Part shown: piece after piece, positions 43,529 to 49,834 of the stretch | Layout of the letters: each line of letters begins with the position of its first letter | Numbering within the stretch: the first letter of the stretch is position 1 | Source: Paracoccaceae bacterium | GTDB lineage: Bacteria; Pseudomonadota; Alphaproteobacteria; Rhodobacterales; Rhodobacteraceae | DNA length: 49,834 bases | Direction of reading: 5' to 3' | Assembly (NCBI GenBank): GCA_019090405.1 | Contig: JAHRVZ010000455.1 | Location: 1 to 49,834, forward strand | The notes under the pieces: model-generated | What the model was told of the DNA's origin: nothing | Seen by the model: only the letters and a program-made list of their open reading frames with translations | Databases searched by the model: none | Position numbers and translations under genes: made by a program

Positions 43529-44077
43529 TCAGCCGAAGAAGAGGTTTTCGAAAAGACCGACGGTGCGGGGCAGATCGACCGCCATGATCCCTGCGATCAT
43601 GTGGATGAAGCCTTTGCCCATCAGGCCCTGTGCGGGCATGTCCGCCGATTTGACGCAAAGAAAGAGTCCGCGCACGACGGCCAGCAATCCGATGAACTGC
43701 GCGACCCGCACAAGCGCGATCAGGATGGCTTCGCCCGGCGTACCTGAGACGGGCGACAGCATTTCTGGCGCATAGGCCATGATCTCGCTGGCAGCACTGG
43801 CCGTCGTGTTGCTCGCTCCGTAAAGAGACGCGATCCAGGCGGAGAGCGTCAGATCGAGGGAGATGATCAACAGACCGAACACGATGTACGTCAGCGCCTG
43901 ATAGTAACCGTGGCGTCTGTGATGGGCGTGGGACCGTTCTTCCGCCGTGACCAGCATCATACGGCTGCCGATGATGACGAGGATAATGCCCAGTGCGAAA
44001 CAGAGCGCTGCCACGAACGCCTGCGCCGGTGGCAGGATGTCTGTCACCCGCATGAAGAAGGCGGTCAGCTCGTCCAT
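43529..44077 (-). CDS. IcmC/DotE (TraQ)-like four-TM membrane protein
   Basis: 182 aa and polytopic. Positioned between the IcmG-like and IcmD-like genes. Confidence 0.5.
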   Translation of the reverse strand: MDELTAFFMRVTDILPPAQAFVAALCFALGIILVIIGSRMMLVTAEERSHAHHRRHGYYQALTYIVFGLLIISLDLTLSAWIASLYGASNTTASAASEIMAYAPEMLSPVSGTPGEAILIALVRVAQFIGLLAVVRGLFLCVKSADMPAQGLMGKGFIHMIAGIMAVDLPRTVGLFENLFFG

Positions 44078-44092
44078 AGAAAATTGCCTTCA

Positions 44093-44749
44093 TCATTCAC
44101 CTGCCCCACCCTCAGTGTTCGGCTGGACATCGGTTTCGGCTTCGGGGATCAGCACAACGCGTTTTGGGGTGTCGTCCTGCGATGCCACGACAGACGTGAC
44201 TTGAACGGGGCGTCCGGTGCTCTCGTCTGAAGCGGCAGCGTCGGCGGCGTCGGCAGGTGGCATCGCAGTTCCGATAAGGCTCGTGGTGGAATAAAGTTGC
44301 TGGATCGCGTTGGCATGTGCTGCATTCACGCGGCGTTGCTCCTGCCATCTGATGACCAGCTTAGGCAGAACACCCCCCTGCCCCGTCAGCAGCGCCAGTT
44401 CAGCGCGCATCTCAACGCCCAGTTCTGTGAGCAGCGCAACCTCGGTCCGCAGCGCGACGAGTTCCGCAGACTGCTCTGGTGCGACCGACGCGACAACAAG
44501 CGGTGCGATCTCACGCCGAGGTTCCATCTCATTGACGGCAAACACGCTGCCAATCCCAACCAAGGCCAAGACGGCAATACCGAGAGAGAGCTTGAAGAAG
44601 CCGTTGATGAACTCCGCGAGTGGTCTTTCGGGACGTGCCAGGAATATCGTGCTTCTGTTTTGCGTGTCGCGCGGGGATTGGAAGTGGTCGGCGAAACTGT
44701 CCGCATGCGGAATCGGCATCACATTCAATGCTCTGTCCGACTCTGACAT
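44093..44749 (-). CDS. bitopic coiled-coil protein, IcmG/DotF (TraP)-like by position
   Basis: ATG follows GGAAGGA. One TM segment (LSLGIAVLALVGIGSVFAV), then a heptad-like region. First gene of the leftward operon. Confidence 0.4.
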   Translation of the reverse strand: MSESDRALNVMPIPHADSFADHFQSPRDTQNRSTIFLARPERPLAEFINGFFKLSLGIAVLALVGIGSVFAVNEMEPRREIAPLVVASVAPEQSAELVALRTEVALLTELGVEMRAELALLTGQGGVLPKLVIRWQEQRRVNAAHANAIQQLYSTTSLIGTAMPPADAADAAASDESTGRPVQVTSVVASQDDTPKRVVLIPEAETDVQPNTEGGAGE

Positions 44750-44831
44750 TTACGATCCTTCCGGATGAGGCGTTTGGGCAAGAACTGTTAGGTCAGGGTA
44801 TCTCGCAATTACGCTATGGCTATAAAAAGTA

Positions 44832-44851
44832 TATCGTTATATATAACGATA
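44832..44851. promoter_or_regulatory. AT-rich palindromic operator candidate, copy 2 (perfect 20-bp TATCGTTATATATAACGATA)
   Basis: Centred in the 237-bp divergent region between the leftward (44749) and rightward (44906 or 44987) type IVB operons. Confidence 0.6.
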
Positions 44852-44986
44852 GATACCTTGTAGTAAAGCACTTTGATAGCCCCCCACGAGAAAAGGATTT
44901 CAGTGATGATCAATGTAGAAAAAAGAACAAGTCACCGATGCAGCGGCTTGCAAAAAGCAGTCCGCGCGAGCACCGGAAGCCAATCG

Positions 44987-46090
44987 ATGACCGCTTTCGC
45001 TTTGATCATGTTGGTGGGGACCGCATCGATCGGCCACGCGCAGGACCATAGTTGGAAAGAGGGATTTGCAGGATGCACGGGCACGTCTTCATTCATCGAG
45101 ACAATGATCTCCACAACAGATCCCGACGTTCGCCAGCTTATGAAAATTGGTGAGATGCAGGCTTGGGCGATCAAAGATGAGAATGGAAATCCTGCGACGG
45201 CACTGACAACGGAAGATGGCCTGACAATTGTAGGGCGCATCATTGGGCCGCAAGGCGAAGACATCACGGCAGCGTTGCTCGCAACCGTGCCCGATCCAAA
45301 TGCCAAGCTGCCGATTGCCCCTGCATCATTGGCCCACACATCGAACACGGCACTCACGCCGCAACCAAACTCGACGACACCAGAACCAACGACCCAAGAT
45401 GCGATGACGTCTCTACCAAGTTTACAAACGACGGCAGTTGCACCGACTGGGACGACATCACCTGTCTTGTCGCAATTGCAGGCAGACGCACCACCCCAAG
45501 CCGCTCCGCTCTCTAATCCTGCGACCACAGACACACCAACGGAGACAATCGCCTCAGCGCCGATTACGGCGGTTGAACAACCCTCAGCGCAGGTTCAGGA
45601 GGGAATCGACACCATTTTCAAACAGGCAGGAGAGGAACGGATCTGGTTTTCTGCGGGAACGCCAAACCCCGGTGCGCCCGTCGTCTACATGTTAGCCGAT
45701 CCAGAATGTCCGCACTGTCAGTGGACAATCGATCAAATGCTGGGGCCAATTACATCTGGATCAATCGATTTGCGGATCATTCCAGCGCCAATCACTGGCG
45801 TTCAAGGCTTCAACACCTCCCTGTCGATTCTGCATTCTCAAGATATCCCGCAGACTTTCATGGCGCATATGACCTCGCAGACGCGAGGGACGGCCGCCGT
45901 GGCACAGATGGATGCCACCCGGGCCGATAAGGCAGTCGTCCAAGGAATCGTCGATAACATCAATTGGATGCGCGCCAACAAGATGCCGGGTGTCCCGTTC
46001 TTCCTCTATGAAACCGATCAAGGGGCGCAGTTCGCCTTCTCAGAGCTTCCCACCAATATTCTGAGTGTCGCCAAAGCCGCAAGCCAGTGA
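44987..46090 (+). CDS. periplasmic DsbC/TrbB-like thiol:disulfide isomerase with a Pro/Thr-rich linker
   Basis: Signal peptide MTAFALIMLVGTASIGHA and CxxC site ADPECPHCQW. An alternative in-frame ATG at 44906 cannot be excluded. Confidence 0.7.
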   Translation: MTAFALIMLVGTASIGHAQDHSWKEGFAGCTGTSSFIETMISTTDPDVRQLMKIGEMQAWAIKDENGNPATALTTEDGLTIVGRIIGPQGEDITAALLATVPDPNAKLPIAPASLAHTSNTALTPQPNSTTPEPTTQDAMTSLPSLQTTAVAPTGTTSPVLSQLQADAPPQAAPLSNPATTDTPTETIASAPITAVEQPSAQVQEGIDTIFKQAGEERIWFSAGTPNPGAPVVYMLADPECPHCQWTIDQMLGPITSGSIDLRIIPAPITGVQGFNTSLSILHSQDIPQTFMAHMTSQTRGTAAVAQMDATRADKAVVQGIVDNINWMRANKMPGVPFFLYETDQGAQFAFSELPTNILSVAKAASQ

Positions 46091-46102
46091 TGGGATGCGC
46101 TG

Positions 46103-46750
46103 ATGCTGCCAGATAATGAACATCTTGGCGCTGCTGAATCCATCCTGCGGTCGGCACGCACCTTTGAGATATCCTACAAGGTTATGGCCAAGATCGCGCT
46201 CGGTCTTGGTCTCTCTACTACCGTGCTGGCGGCATCAACCGCCTATCTCGCCGTCAACCGTCCCGAGCCGCGCTACTTTGCGACCACGACAGATGGCCAG
46301 CTTTTACCGCTTGTGCCTCTCGACAAGCCGCACCAATCAGCCGCTGAGGTGAGTAACTTCGCGGTCAAAGCAGTGACCTCCTCTCTGACCTATGACTTTG
46401 CGAACTATCGTGCCGATTTCAACAACGCGATGCAGTATTTCACCAAGCCGATTGGCTGGAATCAGTTCGTCGATGCCGTGCAGAAAAGTCAGATGCTCGA
46501 ATTGGTGCAGACCCGCCGTCTCAACACGACGGCTGTCGCCAATAATGCAGTCATCGTCCGTGAGGGCATCAATGACCGCGGGGTCTACGAATGGATCGTA
46601 CAGATCCCACTGCGCGTAACCTACCAATCAGCTTCCGAGGTGACAGGTCAGAACTTCATGATCACCGTCAATATTGAACGGCTGCAAACCTATGAATCCC
46701 CCTATGCGATGGCAATCTCCCGTTTCATCGCCGCTCCCGGAGGCGCCTGA
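46103..46750 (+). CDS. icmL: IcmL/DotI (TraM) family protein
   Basis: 215 aa with a single N-terminal TM segment and a periplasmic domain. Sits directly upstream of icmK and icmE. Confidence 0.75.
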   Translation: MLPDNEHLGAAESILRSARTFEISYKVMAKIALGLGLSTTVLAASTAYLAVNRPEPRYFATTTDGQLLPLVPLDKPHQSAAEVSNFAVKAVTSSLTYDFANYRADFNNAMQYFTKPIGWNQFVDAVQKSQMLELVQTRRLNTTAVANNAVIVREGINDRGVYEWIVQIPLRVTYQSASEVTGQNFMITVNIERLQTYESPYAMAISRFIAAPGGA

Positions 46751-47961
46751 TGCGACCTACATATCAATCTTTGAGGCAACTTTGCCAATCGACGAGCCTT
46801 GGAAGCGCCCTTTTGCTTGGTTTGATGATCACACCGATCCAAGCACAACAAGTGCTAAGAGATGCGAATGGCAATGAGACCGTGCCGCCTGGAACTGAGG
46901 TTCAGACCCCCCTGCCCCAGATCACAAGCCGGCCGGCAGCGACATTGCCGGGTGCCGACACTGGCACGACAGTTGTCACCATTGAGAATGGTGCAGAACA
47001 CGCACCCGGTCAGCAGCCGTTGCCCACCGGTGCAGAGCCGCTCACACAGAACGAGATCAATCAGCGCCTTCAACCGAATCAACAGCAGCAAACGACGCCA
47101 CCGGGTGATTTCCCAATCGTGGGTGCCACAGAGCTGCTGCAAAGCATGGACGATCTCGACCGCCCCCTGACGCCCGAAGAGATCACGGCCTACGGTGCGG
47201 CGCTCCAAAGCCAGTTCCCGATGACGCCCGAAATGATCCAGGACTATCGCCGCCGCGTTGATGAAAGCCAGAAAGCGGCAGCAACGCCACCGTCAGGCCA
47301 GTTCCCGCATGCTATTTCGGACGCAAAGCGGCTCACCCTCGATGCTGCACAGGAGCCAGAGGTCCTGTTGACTGGTCCGGACACAGTGAGCGTCATGGCG
47401 TTCTACGACCAGACAGGTGCTGCATGGCCCATCGCATCTTATGTGATCGGCAAGCCGAATAGCTTTCAGGTCTATGCAATGCAGGAAGGCTCCAACCAAT
47501 TGGCGGTCACGCCGCTCGTCCCGCACGGGTTTTCCAACATCGTTGTGTCCCTCGTGGGTGAGAGCCGGCCGCTGGTATTCGAAGTGCGCACGAACTCACT
47601 CAATACACACTATCGCCGCGACTTCACGGTGCATGGGTTGGGGCCAAATGCGACTTCAAGGCCTCTCCAGACCCGCCAGAGCGAACCGGTCGCGCGGGCC
47701 TCCGACGATGTGATGATGGCGTTTGCGACGGGCGCGGATATTCCGGGCAATGCCGTGCGCCTGTCCACTGACAATGGAGCCGTTAAGGCATGGAGCTATG
47801 ACGGCGCAATCTATCTGCAATCGGCAGATGCGATTATCTCGCCGCCTGCGTCCCGCATTCTAACCGGCCCCGGTCAAGTCAAAGCCTATCGGATCAGACC
47901 CACATCTGTAGCGCTCATTTCTTCGAACGGGCGCGTCTCAAAAGTGAGGATTTCCCAATGA
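46750..47961 (+). CDS. icmK: IcmK/DotH (TraN) outer-membrane core protein
   Basis: Signal peptide. Pro/Gln-rich N-terminal region followed by a beta-rich C-terminal domain. The start overlaps the icmL stop (TGATG). Confidence 0.7.
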   Translation: MRPTYQSLRQLCQSTSLGSALLLGLMITPIQAQQVLRDANGNETVPPGTEVQTPLPQITSRPAATLPGADTGTTVVTIENGAEHAPGQQPLPTGAEPLTQNEINQRLQPNQQQQTTPPGDFPIVGATELLQSMDDLDRPLTPEEITAYGAALQSQFPMTPEMIQDYRRRVDESQKAAATPPSGQFPHAISDAKRLTLDAAQEPEVLLTGPDTVSVMAFYDQTGAAWPIASYVIGKPNSFQVYAMQEGSNQLAVTPLVPHGFSNIVVSLVGESRPLVFEVRTNSLNTHYRRDFTVHGLGPNATSRPLQTRQSEPVARASDDVMMAFATGADIPGNAVRLSTDNGAVKAWSYDGAIYLQSADAIISPPASRILTGPGQVKAYRIRPTSVALISSNGRVSKVRISQ

Positions 47962-49253
47962 GCAATTCAAAAGAACCGAATGAAAACAATGATGAAGCGG
48001 AGATTGGCTCTGCAGCCAATCCAGCTGATTCCGCTGATCGGGCCAACGCAGGACGCGTCACGCGCGGACGCAAAGGCGGGCTATTGTCATTTAGAAACAT
48101 TGCCTTACTCACCGTGTTGGTTGTTGGAGGAGCTGTTGGCTTCGAGGTTTGGAAGAACCCTGACCTCATTGGCCCGAGCCGTGTTGCGGGCACACCGAAC
48201 GTGGATGATACGCCAGCCGGAGATCAGTTGCGCACGTCAGAGCGCTATCAGGACAATCTGCGGCAACAAAACGAGGACGGTGCGCAAACTGCGCAAGACA
48301 CTGATACCTCATTTATTGCGACACCCGATGAACCCTTGCGTCAGATTGATGAGAAACCACCTGCTATCGCACCGACCCCGAACCGCCCCCTGCCCCCGGC
48401 AAACGCACCTGTTGAAACTCAGCAACCCAGAACCGTGGTCATTGACCGTCAGCAGCCCGTGCGACAGCAAGCCGAACCGATCCCAAACCAGCCTCAAGCA
48501 CCCGACTACGCCCGTATCAACCAGCTCGCCCAATTGATGGCGACGCAGCAGCAAGGACTGCTTGGCGCATGGACTGCCCAGCCCTCAGCCGTGACCGTCG
48601 TAGTTGAAGAAGACCTTGTGCCCGTGGAAGACGTCGATGTGGCGGGTCAAACGAGCGAGGGTACTATACGACAATCCAGCACCCCTGCCCGCTCAGAGCC
48701 TCTCATCCGTGCGGGCGATGTTGTTCTTGCCACGACCATCATCACCAATGACAGCGACACACCGGGACCGGTGGTCGCACAAATTCGGAAAGGTCCGCTG
48801 ACAGGCGCGCGTCTGCTTGGTAGGTTTGCACCAAATCAGAACAACACCCATCTTATGGTCCAGTTTGACTCCGCGGTGCTTGAGGACGGAACCGAGATCC
48901 CGATATCTGCCTATGCGGTTGATGCCCGTCAGAAGTCACTCGCCGTGCGAACGGATGTGGACCGGCGTTTGTTCGCACGATATGCGCCGCGCGTCGCAGC
49001 GGCTTTTGTATCTGGGGTAGGTGACGCCCTGTCGGACCCTGGGACATCGCTCATCGATCTTGGCGGTGTCACAGGTGTCACACGTCCGGCAGCCACTATC
49101 GAACAGGGGCTGTATAAGGGATTGGCGGAAGTTGGTAACGATCTGGCCGGAGAGTTTGTGCGGAGTGCGCCCAACGGTCCGCTGATCACTCTGAGATCGC
49201 GTCAGATCATTGGCGTCCTGTTCACCAGCAATGTTGTGTGGCCGGACAGATGA
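47958..49253 (+). CDS. icmE: IcmE/DotG (TraO), VirB10-like core protein
   Basis: N-terminal TM segment and a Pro-rich linker. VirB10/TrbI-like C-terminus (IRAGDVVLATTIITNDSDTPGPVVAQIRKGPLTGARLLGRF). ATGA overlap with icmK. Confidence 0.8.
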   Translation: MSNSKEPNENNDEAEIGSAANPADSADRANAGRVTRGRKGGLLSFRNIALLTVLVVGGAVGFEVWKNPDLIGPSRVAGTPNVDDTPAGDQLRTSERYQDNLRQQNEDGAQTAQDTDTSFIATPDEPLRQIDEKPPAIAPTPNRPLPPANAPVETQQPRTVVIDRQQPVRQQAEPIPNQPQAPDYARINQLAQLMATQQQGLLGAWTAQPSAVTVVVEEDLVPVEDVDVAGQTSEGTIRQSSTPARSEPLIRAGDVVLATTIITNDSDTPGPVVAQIRKGPLTGARLLGRFAPNQNNTHLMVQFDSAVLEDGTEIPISAYAVDARQKSLAVRTDVDRRLFARYAPRVAAAFVSGVGDALSDPGTSLIDLGGVTGVTRPAATIEQGLYKGLAEVGNDLAGEFVRSAPNGPLITLRSRQIIGVLFTSNVVWPDR

Positions 49254-49271
49254 GGGTGATGGAGCGAGGCA

Positions 49272-49595
49272 ATGGCTGAAGACAGATACAACATCTATCG
49301 CTCGACGGTGCATTGGCGCTATGCAATGGCGCGGCCGCATCTGATGTTTTTCGATGCGCGGTTGATCTTCTTCATCATACTGTTCGTCTTCCATATCCGG
49401 TGGTGGACGTTTGCGATGCTGGTGTTTGCCATCGCGGGGTTCACGAGTGCGAACTACTTCAACTACTCGCTGGAGAACGTCTTGCGTTTATTTAGATCGA
49501 AACTCGTAGGACCGTTCCGCTCAGCTGTGGCGTATACGCGGCTTCGGCCAATGGTAGATTATGGATCTGATGCGCTTAGAAGAGATGTGAATTAG
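49272..49595 (+). CDS. icmT: IcmT/TraK family small membrane protein
   Basis: The pattern HWRYAMARPHLMFFDARLIFFIILFVFHIRWWTF matches the IcmT N-terminal signature as I recall it. Confidence 0.7.
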   Translation: MAEDRYNIYRSTVHWRYAMARPHLMFFDARLIFFIILFVFHIRWWTFAMLVFAIAGFTSANYFNYSLENVLRLFRSKLVGPFRSAVAYTRLRPMVDYGSDALRRDVN

Positions 49596-49643
49596 ATATG
49601 TGTCTAAAGGAATACCCCAATAGCGCTATCGCAAATGTGAGAT

Positions 49644-49661
49644 TCTTGCACGCGTGCAAGA
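49644..49661. repeat. 18-bp perfect palindrome TCTTGCACGCGTGCAAGA, flanked by the outer inverted repeat GCGCTATCG/CGATAGCGC
   Basis: Read directly from the sequence. The 16-bp core CTTGCACGCGTGCAAG recurs at 49805-49820. Confidence 0.8.
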
Positions 49662-49790
49662 GTTCGATAGCGCCGATTTGGCGTGCTCCAGTTCTATCGT
49701 TTGCCGGACCGTTTCGGCAGGTGTCATTGCCGTCTGATTTGAAGGGCGTGGAATAGTGCTTGGTGTCCTTCTGGAGGCGATATCATATCA

Positions 49791-49834
49791 GCGTCACCGC
49801 CCATCTTGCACGCGTGCAAGATGGGCGGTGACGC
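49791..49834. repeat. 44-bp perfect palindrome GCGTCACCGCCCATCTTGCACG|CGTGCAAGATGGGCGGTGACGC running to the window edge
   Basis: Read directly from the sequence. It contains the same 16-bp core as the site at 49644-49661. Confidence 0.8.

Noticed and set aside
43524-44096. 190-aa alternative-frame ORF overlapping the IcmC-like gene
   Set aside because: Its Arg/His/Gly-rich translation has no hydrophobic segments. The 182-aa frame gives a coherent four-TM protein with proper spacing to its neighbours.
49791-49834. 44-bp palindrome as a rho-independent terminator for the icmT operon
   Set aside because: It lies about 200 bp after the icmT stop and no T-tract is visible. The stem is far longer than typical terminators, and the structure is truncated by the window edge.
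1-49834. Search by eye for CRISPR arrays, tRNA or rRNA genes, integrase or transposase genes, and att-type direct repeats
   Set aside because: None were recognised. There are no regularly spaced short repeats, no cloverleaf-like segments and no recombinase motifs in any ORF, so the element boundaries cannot be defined from this window.

Overview
The window reads as part of a plasmid or integrative conjugative element. The host looks alphaproteobacterial (Rhodobacterales-like), which I infer only from the protein families and a moderately high GC impression. No integrase, att site, tRNA, rRNA, CRISPR array or intact IS element was recognised.

Positions 1-17.4 kb carry redox and metal cargo:
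- an exported cytochrome c2-like protein, a BNR-repeat protein and a TlpA-like thioredoxin;
- a Rieske-protein remnant, an ankyrin protein and a GlcG-like protein;
- a FixJ-type two-component pair and a CDF exporter;
- a translationally coupled Tat-exported multicopper oxidase and ZIP permease, divergent from a Fur-family regulator with a 7-1-7 palindrome between them;
- a hydroxylase / MFS / LPG-synthase-TM-like trio;
- a non-canonical mer operon: merR | merT merP, a CC-protein, merF, merA and a Cys-rich membrane protein.

Positions 17.7-30.1 kb are a one-strand block typical of conjugative-element maintenance or leading regions: a ParB-like protein, DUF3768, two small unknowns, a GHKL-type ATPase, a 1456-aa N6-methyltransferase/helicase fusion, a Toprim protein and a DUF2493/SLOG protein. 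Two families of repeated, hairpin-containing 5-prime leaders punctuate this block.

Positions 30.4-49.6 kb encode a Dot/Icm-type (type IVB, MPF-I) secretion or conjugation apparatus in three transcription units: dotD-dotC-dotB; icmG/C/D-like, icmB ... dotA; and a trbB-like gene with icmL-icmK-icmE-icmT.
- The same 20-bp AT-rich palindrome, differing at one base, sits upstream of dotD and in the divergent promoter region between the other two units.
- The window ends in a pair of perfect palindromes that share a 16-bp core.

The most promising leads are the type IVB module with its shared operator, the uncharacterised GHKL / methylase-helicase / Toprim / SLOG block with its structured leaders, and the oxidase-permease pair.
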